DNA from: Candidatus Multivorans sp.
GTDB lineage: Bacteria > Acidobacteriota > Thermoanaerobaculia > Multivoradales > Multivoraceae
Direction of reading: 5' to 3'
Assembly (NCBI GenBank): GCA_965247095.1
Contig: OZ251997.1
Span: 3,552,001 to 3,616,000, forward strand
DNA length: 64,000 bases
Shown here: piece after piece, positions 21,928 through 31,294 of the stretch
How the letters are laid out: the number at the start of each line of letters is the position of its first letter
How positions within the stretch are numbered: the stretch's first letter is position 1
Translations under genes and position numbers: made by a program
The notes under the pieces: model-generated
Databases searched by the model: none
Told to the model about the DNA's origin: nothing
What the model saw: only the letters and a program-made list of their open reading frames with translations

Positions 21928-23256
21928 GTGGATAGACCGATCGCACGCGTTCTCAACTTGATCGACGACGGCGAACAACGCCTGTGGAACCTGACGCCGG
22001 ACGAGGCCCGGAAACGGCTGCTGCGCGGCCCCGAGGCGGTCCTGGGCATCGACGGGTCGTTCGCGCTCGCCGCCCGCCGGGGAGTGGACATCGTCATGGC
22101 CCGCAGTCTCGACCGGCCGATGCGCTACTTCCTGGCCAAGGAGTCCTCCGGGCCGATGCTGGTCATCGCCCAGCGCATCGACGAGATCAGGGACTGTCTC
22201 GCTGGCGAGGGGTATCTCGACCAGTTCCACCCCACCTACACGCGGATGGTCCCGGCGCACCACGCCACGACGCTGCGCCTGATCGGCTGCCCCGACCCTA
22301 ACCCGACCCACGAGCGCTTCTTCGATCCGCCGCGCGGCACGTTGCCGCCGGATCTCGACCTGATCGGCGAGCGCTACGTCGAGGCCCTGATGTTCGAGCT
22401 CCGCGGCTGGCTGGCCGCCATGCCGCCGGAGCGGGCGCGGGCGCCGATCGGGGTCTGCTTCTCCGGCGGCATCGACAGCGGCGCCGTGCTGGTGGCGCTC
22501 AACCACGCTTTGCTCGAGGGCGGTTCGAGCGCCGCCCGGCTCAAGGCGTTCACGCTCCGGGTCGGTGACGGCGCCGGCGACGCCGCCCAGGCGCGCGAGT
22601 TCCTTCGGCGCGTGGACCTCGAGATGCTGGGCGAGGAGATCGCGGCCGGCGCCGAGGCGGTCGATCCGCTGCGGGCGGTCGAGGTGATCGAGGACTACAA
22701 GCCGCTCGACGTCGAGTGCGCCGCCGTCGGCCTGGCCCTGCTGCGCGGCATTCGGGCGCGCTATCCGGACTGGCGGCTCCTGGTGGACGGCGACGGTGGC
22801 GACGAGAACCTGAAGGACTACCCGCTGGAGGAGAACCACGAGCTGACGATCACCAGCGTCGTGGGCAACTCGATGCTCTACCAGGAGGGTTGGGGCATAG
22901 GCATGATCAAGCACTCCCAGACCTACTCGGGCGGCCTGGGGCGGGCCACCGTCCGCACCCACGCGCCAGCCCGGCTGCTCGGCTTCGAAGGCTTCAGTCC
23001 CTTCACCCGGCCGTCCGTGATCGCGGTGGCCGAGGCGATCCCGTTCGACACGCTGGTCGGCAGCTCGCACGAGACCCTGTACGAGCTCAAGGGCGAAGTC
23101 GTGCGGCGGGGCATGAAGCGGGTGCTCGGCATCGACTTCCCGGTCTTCCCCAAGCGCCGCTTCCAGGAGGGCGCGGCGTCGGAGGACGTGTTCGCCGCCG
23201 CCTTCGACCGTCCGCCCGAGCAGTACCGCCGCCACTTCCAGTCGCTCTACGGGTAG
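21928..23256 (+). CDS. Asparagine-synthetase-like ATP-dependent amide ligase (no glutaminase Cys1)
   Basis: PP-loop CFSGGIDSG, DGDGGDE and SPF..KRRFQEG; the N-terminus is a truncated Ntn-like domain (IDGSFALA..ARSLDRPMRY). Confidence 0.85.
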   Translation: MDRPIARVLNLIDDGEQRLWNLTPDEARKRLLRGPEAVLGIDGSFALAARRGVDIVMARSLDRPMRYFLAKESSGPMLVIAQRIDEIRDCLAGEGYLDQFHPTYTRMVPAHHATTLRLIGCPDPNPTHERFFDPPRGTLPPDLDLIGERYVEALMFELRGWLAAMPPERARAPIGVCFSGGIDSGAVLVALNHALLEGGSSAARLKAFTLRVGDGAGDAAQAREFLRRVDLEMLGEEIAAGAEAVDPLRAVEVIEDYKPLDVECAAVGLALLRGIRARYPDWRLLVDGDGGDENLKDYPLEENHELTITSVVGNSMLYQEGWGIGMIKHSQTYSGGLGRATVRTHAPARLLGFEGFSPFTRPSVIAVAEAIPFDTLVGSSHETLYELKGEVVRRGMKRVLGIDFPVFPKRRFQEGAASEDVFAAAFDRPPEQYRRHFQSLYG

Positions 23257-23283
23257 CGGTTCCGGCTGGACCGGGGAGCGGGA

Positions 23284-24273
23284 ATGGGAAAGGGGTCCGA
23301 CGAGGCGCCGGGATTCGATCCGGCCGCCGTTCGGGCGCTTCGTCCGCCGAAGCCGGTGCTCGACCCCTGGCGGCCCCAGGGCGTGACGGTCGAGCTGGAG
23401 CGAGAGCCCGACGGTGCGCTCCGTGGGTCGGCGACCGTGTTCCTGACCGGGGCCGAGTGCCCGTTCACCTGCGTGTTCTGCGACCTGTGGCGGTACACCG
23501 CCTCTGGACCGACGCCGGAGGGAGCGCTGCCGGCGCAGTTGCGATCGGCCCTGGAACGGCTTCCCGGTCTTCTCAGTGAGGCCGGTCTCGACCGCTGCGA
23601 CCGGCTCAAGCTCTACAACGCGAGCAACTTCTTCGAGCCGCGCGCGGTGCCGGAGGCGGACCTGGAACCGATCGCGCGGCTTGCCGACGGCTTCGATCGG
23701 GTAGTCGTCGAGTGCCATCCGCGCCTCGTGGACGGCCGGGTGCGGCGCTTCGCCGACCGGCTCGAAGGTCGGCTGGAGGTGGCGATGGGCCTGGAGACGG
23801 TGCACCCGCAAGCCCTGCCGCGGCTCGGCAAGCAGTTGACGCTGGACCAGTTCGACCGGGCCGCGGCGCGTCTGCTCGAGGAGGGCATCGACCTGCGGGC
23901 GTTCGTGCTCGTGGGCGTGCCGTTCGTGCCGGCGGAGGAGCAGGCGCAGTGGGCTGCCGCGAGTGTGCGACACGCGGCGAGGGCCGGCGCCCGGTCGGTG
24001 GCGCTGATTCCGGTGCGGGGCGGCAACGGGGAACTGGAGCGGCTCGAGCGGCTCGGCTGGTTCGAGCCTCCCGACCTGGCCCTGGTGGGGGAGTCGCTGG
24101 CGTGCGGGCTCGAGACGGTCGCTCGGAGGGCGGCGGTGCAGGTCGACCCCTGGGATCTCGACCGCATCGCTTCGACCTGCGGCGCCTGCCGGGCCTCCCG
24201 CATCCAGGCGATCCGGGAGATGAACCGCACCGGCGAACCGCGGCGGACGGCGTGCGATGACTGCGGCGACTAG
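23284..24273 (+). CDS. Radical SAM protein, TIGR01210/RaSEA-like
   Basis: CPFTCVFC cluster motif, LKLYNASNFFE, VECHP, EVAMGLET and a C-terminal CGAC...CDDC. Confidence 0.88.
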   Translation: MGKGSDEAPGFDPAAVRALRPPKPVLDPWRPQGVTVELEREPDGALRGSATVFLTGAECPFTCVFCDLWRYTASGPTPEGALPAQLRSALERLPGLLSEAGLDRCDRLKLYNASNFFEPRAVPEADLEPIARLADGFDRVVVECHPRLVDGRVRRFADRLEGRLEVAMGLETVHPQALPRLGKQLTLDQFDRAAARLLEEGIDLRAFVLVGVPFVPAEEQAQWAAASVRHAARAGARSVALIPVRGGNGELERLERLGWFEPPDLALVGESLACGLETVARRAAVQVDPWDLDRIASTCGACRASRIQAIREMNRTGEPRRTACDDCGD

Positions 24274-25867
24274 CGCGGCAGAACGCCGCGAGATCGTGAT
24301 CGCCGGCGGGGGGTTCGCCGGGTCCATCCTGGCGCGAGCACTCCATGCCGACGGCCGCGACGTGCTGCTGCTCGAGCGCGGCCGCCACCCGCGGTTCGCG
24401 CTCGGCGAGTCGTCCACGCCGCTGGCCAACCTGGCCCTGGAGCGGCTGGCGGTCCACTACCGCTTTGAGGATCTGTGGACGCTGGCCGCCCACGGCCGCT
24501 GGCGGCGCGGGCTGCCCGAGGTCGGCGGGGGATTGAAGCGGGGCTTCTGCTTCTACTCCCACCGTCCGGGCCAGGCCTTCATGCCGGATGCCGCCGGCGG
24601 TCGCCGCCTGGTCGTCGCCGCGTCGCCGGACGACGATGCCGCCGACAACCAGTGGCTGCGCGCGGATGTGGACCGCTTCCTGTTCGAGCGCGCCCGGGCC
24701 GAGGGCGTGGACTGCCGGGAGGAAACGGCGGTCGAGGTGGTCTCGACGCCGGACGGCCCGCGAGGGGGACCGGTCCGGATCCGGGCCGGCGGCCGCGTCG
24801 TCGAGGCCGGCCTCCTGGTCGACGCGACCGGCGGATCGCCACTCGCCGAACAGTTGGGCGCCTGCTCGCTGCCGCCGCGGCTGCAGACGACCCTGGTGTA
24901 CTCGCATTTCGACGGCATCGCTCCCTTCGACCGCGGCGACGACTGGCCGGATTCGCCCTTTGGCGAGCGCTGGAGCGCCGCCCACCACCTGCTGGAGGAG
25001 GGTTGGATGTACCAGCTCCGCTTCGACGACGGTTCGGTGAGCGCCGGCGTCCTGCTCCCCGAGGACCGGCCCGCGGCCGCCGGCGCCCTCGAGCTCCTGG
25101 CCGCCGCCGGCTCAGGGGATCGCGCCGCCGCCGGTTCCGCCTTCGCCTCCCTGCTCGATCGCTACCCGTCGCTGTCGCGCCAGTTCGCCGAGCACCAGCC
25201 TCTACGGGACTTGGAGTCGCGCTCCGGCGTTGCCTACCGCCGCGACCGGGCCGTGGGTCCGGGCTGGCTGCTTCTGCCCCACAGTTACGCCTTCGCCGAC
25301 CCCATGTTCTCGACCGGCATCGCCTGGAGCCTGCTCGCCGTCGAGCGGATCGCCGGCCTCTGCAGCGGCGGTTTGCCCGCGGCGGGCGATCTCGACCGCT
25401 ACGGCCGGCTGCTGGCCGTCGAGGCGGACCACATCGACCGGCTGCTGGCCGCCGCCTACCGCCTGATGCCGGGCATGGAGCGCTTCACTGCCGCCGCGAT
25501 GGCCTACTTCGCGGCTGCGAGCTTCGACGAACTGCGCCAGCGGCTGCTCGACCCTCCGAACGAGGGCTGGTGCTGGCAGGGCTTCCTGGGCGCCGATGAC
25601 GCGCTCCGCCGCGGGCTGTTCGAGGAACTCGACGAGCGCTCGGCCAACCCCGCGGCGGCCCGGAAGCTGACGGACTGGATCGGGCCCGCGATCGAACCCC
25701 GCAACCTGATCGGCCTAGACGACCCGCGTCGCCGCAACGTCTACCCGGTCGACCTGGCGGGCATGGAGCGGCGACAGGAACAGATCGCGGCCGGTCTCGA
25801 AGTGGCGCCGGCGGAGCTCCGGCGGCGCTGGTCTCGGTTGCGGAGTCCGGACCGGATGCCGGGCTAG
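24257..25867 (+). CDS. FAD-dependent halogenase-like oxidoreductase (tryptophan halogenase superfamily)
   Basis: GGGFAGS, HPRFALGESSTP, LKRGF, GWMYQLRF (at the WxWxIP position) and FADPMFSTG; overlaps the radical SAM gene by 17 bp. Confidence 0.85.
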   Translation: MTAATSAAERREIVIAGGGFAGSILARALHADGRDVLLLERGRHPRFALGESSTPLANLALERLAVHYRFEDLWTLAAHGRWRRGLPEVGGGLKRGFCFYSHRPGQAFMPDAAGGRRLVVAASPDDDAADNQWLRADVDRFLFERARAEGVDCREETAVEVVSTPDGPRGGPVRIRAGGRVVEAGLLVDATGGSPLAEQLGACSLPPRLQTTLVYSHFDGIAPFDRGDDWPDSPFGERWSAAHHLLEEGWMYQLRFDDGSVSAGVLLPEDRPAAAGALELLAAAGSGDRAAAGSAFASLLDRYPSLSRQFAEHQPLRDLESRSGVAYRRDRAVGPGWLLLPHSYAFADPMFSTGIAWSLLAVERIAGLCSGGLPAAGDLDRYGRLLAVEADHIDRLLAAAYRLMPGMERFTAAAMAYFAAASFDELRQRLLDPPNEGWCWQGFLGADDALRRGLFEELDERSANPAAARKLTDWIGPAIEPRNLIGLDDPRRRNVYPVDLAGMERRQEQIAAGLEVAPAELRRRWSRLRSPDRMPG

Positions 25868-25894
25868 GAGACTGCGCGGCAGAACGATCCGACC

Positions 25895-26010
25895 TGGGAA
25901 CCCGTGTGGCGCGACCCGCGCCACACGCGAACCACTCCGTGGGCCCGTCATCGGGCGCACGGATGGCACGCGGGCATCCTGCCCGCATCCGGCGCGAAGC
26001 GCCGGCCTCC
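25895..26010. repeat. Cluster of REP-like hairpins
   Basis: GTGTGGCGCGACCCGCGCCACAC, TCCGTGGGCCCGTCATCGGGCGCACGGA and GCGGGCATCCTGCCCGC; each recurs elsewhere in the window. Confidence 0.8.
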
Positions 26011-26052
26011 GGTAGTTCTGCCGGGCTAGCGCGGTAGCGACTCTCTACCGCC

Positions 26053-26949
26053 TCAGGGAGGTCCGATCAGCTCGTTCACCGAGCTCTCGAAGCCGGTCTC
26101 GGGCCGGTCCCGCCGCAGTCGGCGGGCGGCGAGGCCTTCGACGATGCGCCGCGGCTGGATCGAGCGCAGCCGCAATCGGTGGGCATCGAGCAGGTCGGCG
26201 GAGAGGGCCAGGGCGGCGGCGCGGTCGCTGCGGTCTTCCAGGGCGCCGGCCGCTTCCGCCAGCGCGGCGGCGATCCGCGTCCAGCCCCGGCGCGCCCGAA
26301 TGTCCTCGAAGCCCCCTCCTTCGAGCAGGCGTTCGGCCAGGGCCGAGACCCACAGAGCGAAGGCGTCATCGGCCGGACGCTGGCGCCACAGGTCGACCAG
26401 GTCGGAGGCCAGTTCCTCGTCGGCGCCGGCGCCCGCGGCATCGCCGGCGCCGAGGTAGACGGTCAGCGACCGGCTGCGCAGGGTGGGCAGCAGCTCGCTG
26501 GCCGACGAGGCCAGCAGCAGGAAGTTCCTGGGCGACCTGTCGGCCGGCTCCTCGAGGGTCTTGAGCAGCACGTTCGCTCCCGCCGGATGCAGGGCCTCCG
26601 CTTCGACGATGACGAACACCTGGCCCCGGGCCTCGAACGGCGACACCTGGGCCGTCTGCAAGAGGGCTCTGACCTTGTCCACGGGGATGACCGTCTCTCT
26701 CTTCTTCGGATCGCGGCGCACAAACACGAAGTCGGGATGGAAGACGCCGTCGTCCTCGATGTCGATCCGCCGGCAGTGTCGGCACTCGCCGCAGGGCCGT
26801 GCTGCCGGCGCCCGTTCGCACAGCAGCGCCCGGGCGATCTCGCAGGCGAGGTCGAGCCGATGCGTCGCCTCGCCCCCGTGGAGGATCACCGAGGCGTACA
26901 GCCGGCCCGCGGCAGCAAGCCCTGGCAGTTGCGCCGCGGCCCGGCTCAT
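26053..26949 (-). CDS. holB: DNA polymerase III delta' subunit-like
   Basis: PCGECRHCRR, HPDF, ANVLLKTLEEP and LLPTLRSR; follows tmk. Confidence 0.88.
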   Translation of the reverse strand: MSRAAAQLPGLAAAGRLYASVILHGGEATHRLDLACEIARALLCERAPAARPCGECRHCRRIDIEDDGVFHPDFVFVRRDPKKRETVIPVDKVRALLQTAQVSPFEARGQVFVIVEAEALHPAGANVLLKTLEEPADRSPRNFLLLASSASELLPTLRSRSLTVYLGAGDAAGAGADEELASDLVDLWRQRPADDAFALWVSALAERLLEGGGFEDIRARRGWTRIAAALAEAAGALEDRSDRAAALALSADLLDAHRLRLRSIQPRRIVEGLAARRLRRDRPETGFESSVNELIGPP

Positions 26950-27593
26950 GCGCCGGCCGCCCTGTCACGCTGCGGTGGATCGAGGATGTCGCCCAGCGCC
27001 TCCTCGACTGCCCCCGCCACCGTTTCGATCGGCGCCGCCGCGTCGATGACGCGGAAGCGCGCCGGTTCGCCCGCGATCCGCTCCCGGAACGCGGCATGGA
27101 CGCGGCGGTAGAAGGCCAGGCTCTCCCGGTCGATGCGGTCGGCGGCACGGCCGCGCCGCCGCCGCTGCGCCTCCTCGGGCGGCAGGTCGAAGAAGAGGGT
27201 GCGGTCGGGCGCGCGGCAGCCGGTGGCGAGCCGGTCCGCCTCGGCGATCGACTCCGGCTGTACGCCCCGGCCGCCGCCCTGGTAGGCGTAGGTGGAATCC
27301 GTGAAGCGGTCGCACAGAACGACGGCGCCGGCGGCCAGGGCCGGCTCGATGACTTCGATCAGGTGCTGGCGACGGCTGGCGAACACCAGCATCAGCTCGA
27401 CCACACCGTCGACCTGCGCCGCCTCCCTTCTCAGGAACAGCTCGCGCAACAGGTCGGCGAAGGGCGTGCCGCCCGGCTCCCGGGTGACTACGTGGGCGAC
27501 CCCACGCCGTTCGAGCCGCGCCGCCACGCGTTCGAGCTGCGTCGATTTGCCGCTGCCGTCGAGACCCTCGAAGGTGATGAACCGCCCGGTCAT
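26946..27593 (-). CDS. tmk: Thymidylate kinase
   Basis: FITFEGLDGSGKSTQ, TREPGGT and CDRFTDSTYAYQG. Confidence 0.97.
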   Translation of the reverse strand: MTGRFITFEGLDGSGKSTQLERVAARLERRGVAHVVTREPGGTPFADLLRELFLRREAAQVDGVVELMLVFASRRQHLIEVIEPALAAGAVVLCDRFTDSTYAYQGGGRGVQPESIAEADRLATGCRAPDRTLFFDLPPEEAQRRRRGRAADRIDRESLAFYRRVHAAFRERIAGEPARFRVIDAAAPIETVAGAVEEALGDILDPPQRDRAAGA

Positions 27594-27649
27594 CCGGCCG
27601 CCATGCTAGCGCCGACACTCCGGTAGAGTGAGCCGCTGAGGAGGCGACG

Positions 27650-28735
27650 TTGAACACAGAGAATTCAGCACCGAAGAATCGGCCTGCCTGGAGAGTCCAC
27701 GCGGCGCTCTACGCGGTCCTGGTGGCGGTGATCGCGGTCCTGGTTCTGCGGCCCGAATCCGGGGTCTCGGCCCAGGAGGAGCCCTTGCAGGACCAGGCTG
27801 CGGCGCGGCTCGACGGCGTGGACATCGGCCATGGCGAGGCGCTGGATCGGGCGGCCGCGCAGTTGGACCAGTTGGAGCAGCAGCGCATCCAGTGCGACCT
27901 GCAGGTCAACTCCGAGCGGCACAGCCTGATCGAGCGGACGCTCGAGGGAATCGTGCGCGACCGCCTGGTTGTTGCCGGCGCCGAGAGCGAGGGTCTGGCG
28001 CCCGAAGTCTGGCGGGAGGCGGAGATGGAGCGCCTCCAGGCCGAGCTGTCGGACGAGGACATCGACGCCTTCTTTACCGAGAACCAAGGCCGCATCCGGG
28101 GTGAGCGGGAGGAACTCGAACCGCAGGTCCGGGTGTACCTGGCCCAGCAGCGGTTCGTGGAGTTTCTCGAGGACGGGCACGAGATCGAGTACCTCCTCGA
28201 GCCGTACCGCGTCGAGGTCGATCCCGGGACCGGGCCGGCACGGGGCGAGGCCGAGGCGCCGGTGACGATCGTGGAGTGGTCGGACTTCGAGTGCCCGTAT
28301 TGCAAGCGGGTTCTGCCAACCCTGGAACAGATCTTCGAGGAATACCCGACGGAGGTGCGCTTGGTGTTCCGTCACTTCCCGCTGCACGCGATCCATCCCA
28401 ACGCCCAGGCCGCGGCCGAGGCCGCGGTGTGCGCCCAGGACCAGGGCGCCTTCTGGGAGCTGCACGACCTGATGTTCGAGGAGCAAGGCGCGCTTGGTGT
28501 GGACGACCTCAAGGACAAGGCGGAGCGGGCCGGCCTCGACGCGGAGGCCTTCGCGGGCTGCATGGAGGCCGAGGACACGCCGGATCGCGTGGAGGCCGAC
28601 CGGCAGGCCGGGATCCTGGCCGGGGTCAACGGTACGCCGGCGCTATTCGTGAACGGCCGGCCGCTCGCGGGGGCGGTCGCCTATGAGGATCTGGCCGGCG
28701 TGGTCGAGGACGAGCTCGAGCGGGCGGGTGGCTAG
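27650..28735 (+). CDS. Membrane-anchored DsbA/thioredoxin-family protein
   Basis: EWSDFECPYC, VFRHFPL and GVNGTPALFVNG. Confidence 0.9.
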   Translation: MNTENSAPKNRPAWRVHAALYAVLVAVIAVLVLRPESGVSAQEEPLQDQAAARLDGVDIGHGEALDRAAAQLDQLEQQRIQCDLQVNSERHSLIERTLEGIVRDRLVVAGAESEGLAPEVWREAEMERLQAELSDEDIDAFFTENQGRIRGEREELEPQVRVYLAQQRFVEFLEDGHEIEYLLEPYRVEVDPGTGPARGEAEAPVTIVEWSDFECPYCKRVLPTLEQIFEEYPTEVRLVFRHFPLHAIHPNAQAAAEAAVCAQDQGAFWELHDLMFEEQGALGVDDLKDKAERAGLDAEAFAGCMEAEDTPDRVEADRQAGILAGVNGTPALFVNGRPLAGAVAYEDLAGVVEDELERAGG

Positions 28736-29432
28736 GGGCGCCGATCCGAGCGTTCCGGTCTTCGTGCCCTATAGGCCGCCTCGCGTCGAGCCCGGGGAAA
28801 TGGAGTGCCGGGCGGACCGGATCTTCGAGGAGTTCGACCGTCGGCGGAGCGTTCGCTTCTTCACCGACGAGCCGGTGCCCCGCCGGCTGATCGAACGGGC
28901 GATCGAGGCCGCGTCGACCGCGCCGTCGGGGGCGCATCGCCAGCCGTGGCGGTTCGTGGCGGTCAGCGACGCCGGGATCAAGGCACGGATCCGGGAGGCG
29001 GCGGAGGCCGAAGAGAAGCACAGCTATCTCGGTGGGCGCATGCCGGACGAGTGGCTGGAGGCGCTCAAGCCGCTGGGCACGGACTGGCGGAAACCGTTCC
29101 TGACCACGGTGCCCTGGATCGTCGTCGTGTTCGCCGAACTCTTCGGCTTCGACGAGCAGGGGGCGAAGCGGAAGAACTACTACGTCAAGGAGAGCGTCGG
29201 CATGGCCTGCGGCCTCTTCATCGCCGCCCTGCACGGGATGGGACTCGCCACCCTGACCCACACGCCGAGCCCGATGGCGTTCCTGAGCGAGATCCTCGAG
29301 CGGCCGCCGAACGAGAAGCCGTACATCCTGTTTCCGGTCGGCTACCCGGCGCCGGACTGCGAGGTGCCCGACCTGCGGCGCAAGGCGCTGTCCGAAGTGG
29401 CGGTGTGGCACCCGGGTGGCGGCGGCGACTGA
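28728..29432 (+). CDS. Nitroreductase superfamily, iodotyrosine deiodinase (IYD)-like
   Basis: RRSVRFF, TAPSGAHRQPW, IREAAEAEE..Y..RM..EW...LKPLGTDWRKPFL, NYYVKESVG and TLTHTPSPM. Confidence 0.85.
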   Translation: MARGADPSVPVFVPYRPPRVEPGEMECRADRIFEEFDRRRSVRFFTDEPVPRRLIERAIEAASTAPSGAHRQPWRFVAVSDAGIKARIREAAEAEEKHSYLGGRMPDEWLEALKPLGTDWRKPFLTTVPWIVVVFAELFGFDEQGAKRKNYYVKESVGMACGLFIAALHGMGLATLTHTPSPMAFLSEILERPPNEKPYILFPVGYPAPDCEVPDLRRKALSEVAVWHPGGGGD

Positions 29433-29442
29433 GCGGCGACAG

Positions 29443-29557
29443 CATGATGGTCTCATCCTGGCCGGCGGTGTCGGCTCGCGGTTCTGGCCGGTGAGCAGGA
29501 CATGATCGGTCTCATCCTGGCCGGCGGCGTAGGCTCCCGCTTCTGGCCGGTGAGCAG
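29443..29557 (+). repeat. Diverged tandem duplication of the first ~57 bp of manC
   Basis: 29443..29498 versus 29501..29557: one 1-bp deletion and four synonymous third-position changes. Confidence 0.9.
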
Positions 29558-30557
29558 AAGGCGCCGCCCGAAGCAACTCCTCGATCTGCTCGGGGGCGGC
29601 GCCCTGGTGGCCGCCACCGCACGCCGGATCGAGCCGCTCTGCGGCGCGGACGGGATCTGGGTCTGCACCACGGAGGAGCTGGCGCCCGCGGTCGCGGCCG
29701 AGCTGCCGGGGCTTGCGGCGTCACGCATCCTGGGCGAGCCGAGCGGCCGCAACACGGCGCCGGCGATCGGCTGGGCGGTGTGTTCGATGCCGGTGGACGT
29801 ACGGGAGGACGTGATCGCGGTGTTTCCGTCCGACCACTGGGTCGCCGACGAGGAGGCGTTCCGCCTGGCGATTCGCCGGGGTGTGGAGGCGATCGAGCGC
29901 GGCGATCACGAGGTGGTCACCGTCGGCGTGGCGCCCGTGTGGCCCGAAACCGGCTACGGCTACCTGGAAGTTGCGGCGTCAGGGTCCCTGGGCAGCGTGG
30001 AGCGGGTGGTGCGGTTCACCGAGAAGCCGGACGCGGAGACGGCGGCCCGCTTCAAAGCCTCCGGCCTCCACTTCTGGAACGCCGGGATCTTCCTGTTCCG
30101 GGGTTCCGTTCTGCTCGATCTCTACCGCCGGCACCTGCCCGAGCTGGCCGCCGGCCTCGAGCGTCTGGCGGCGGAGGGCGTCGACCCGGAGCGCCGGCGT
30201 GCGATCTACGCCGGGTTGGAGTCGGTGTCGATCGACTACGGACTGATGGAGCGGTTGTCCTCGATCGGCTCTGTCGTCGCCGATTGCGGTTGGAACGACC
30301 TCGGCTCCTGGGCGTCTCTGGCGGAGGCGTTGCCGGCGGACAGCGATGGCAACCGGACGGTGGGCGACGCTTTCGCCGTCGATGCCCGCGACAACCTCCT
30401 GTTCGCCGACGCCGGCACCGTGGCGGCGATCGGCGTCGAGGGTCTGGCCATAGTCAGGACCGGCGACGCCGTGCTCGTCGTGCCGCGGGAGCGGGCGCAG
30501 GACGTGCGGCTTATTGTGGAGCAGTTGCAGGCCCTCGGCCGCCGGGAACTGCTCTGA
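29502..30557 (+). CDS. manC: Mannose-1-phosphate guanylyltransferase
   Basis: ILAGGVGSRFWPVSR..PKQ, EPSGRNTAPA, PSDH, ETGYGY, FTEKP, WNAGIF and SIDYGLME. Confidence 0.93.
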   Translation: MIGLILAGGVGSRFWPVSRRRRPKQLLDLLGGGALVAATARRIEPLCGADGIWVCTTEELAPAVAAELPGLAASRILGEPSGRNTAPAIGWAVCSMPVDVREDVIAVFPSDHWVADEEAFRLAIRRGVEAIERGDHEVVTVGVAPVWPETGYGYLEVAASGSLGSVERVVRFTEKPDAETAARFKASGLHFWNAGIFLFRGSVLLDLYRRHLPELAAGLERLAAEGVDPERRRAIYAGLESVSIDYGLMERLSSIGSVVADCGWNDLGSWASLAEALPADSDGNRTVGDAFAVDARDNLLFADAGTVAAIGVEGLAIVRTGDAVLVVPRERAQDVRLIVEQLQALGRRELL

Positions 30558-31294
30558 GCGCACTTCCCATCGTGGTCTGGGGCGGACCCGGCGCGCCGGC
30601 AACACAAGGCGCCGGCGCCGGGTTGCGCGACCTCGCGTCGTGCCGGTCCGAGTTGCTGGCGGCGCTTGAGGAGCGCTCGGACTGGGAGGTCGAACTCGGC
30701 TTCGGCAAGGGCCGGTTCCTGCTCGCGTCGGCCGCCGCCGAGCCCGGCCGTCCCTTCCTGGGCGTCGAGATCGTTTCGAAGTACTTCCGGCTGGCGGCGC
30801 GGCGGGCAGCAGCGCGAGGTCTCGGGAACCTCACCCTGCTCCGCGGCGAGGCGCTCTACCTGATCTCGACCCTGTTGCCCGGGGCGATGGCGCGCACCGT
30901 CCACATCTACTTCCCCGACCCGTGGCCCAAGAGCCGGCACCACCGCCGCCGGCTGCTCGACCCGCGCACCGTCGATCTTGTGCTGTCGCTGCTCGAGCCG
31001 TCCTCGGGACGGTTGTGCTTCGCCACCGACCACCTCGAGTACGGCGAGGCGGTGGTGGAGACGCTGGAGGTTCATCCGGCGGTCGAGGTCGAGCGTCTGC
31101 CCGGCGGCTGGCCCGAGGGGCCGCGCACGAACTACGAGGCGAAGTTCGAGGCGGAGGGCCGGCCCATCGTGCGGCTGGTGGCGCGGCTTCGGCCCGGCGC
31201 TGCCAGCCTGCTTCATCCGGGCGGCCGGGCGGCCATCATGGTCGCGCCGGCCGCGGCGGATCAGCTCGAGAGCGCGAGCCGCACCTCGTCGTAG
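30554..31294 (+). CDS. trmB: tRNA (guanine-N7)-methyltransferase
   Basis: ELGFGKG, GVEI, IYFPDPWPKSRHHRRRL, ATD and TNYEAK; start uncertain. Confidence 0.9.
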   Translation: MSALPIVVWGGPGAPATQGAGAGLRDLASCRSELLAALEERSDWEVELGFGKGRFLLASAAAEPGRPFLGVEIVSKYFRLAARRAAARGLGNLTLLRGEALYLISTLLPGAMARTVHIYFPDPWPKSRHHRRRLLDPRTVDLVLSLLEPSSGRLCFATDHLEYGEAVVETLEVHPAVEVERLPGGWPEGPRTNYEAKFEAEGRPIVRLVARLRPGAASLLHPGGRAAIMVAPAAADQLESASRTSS

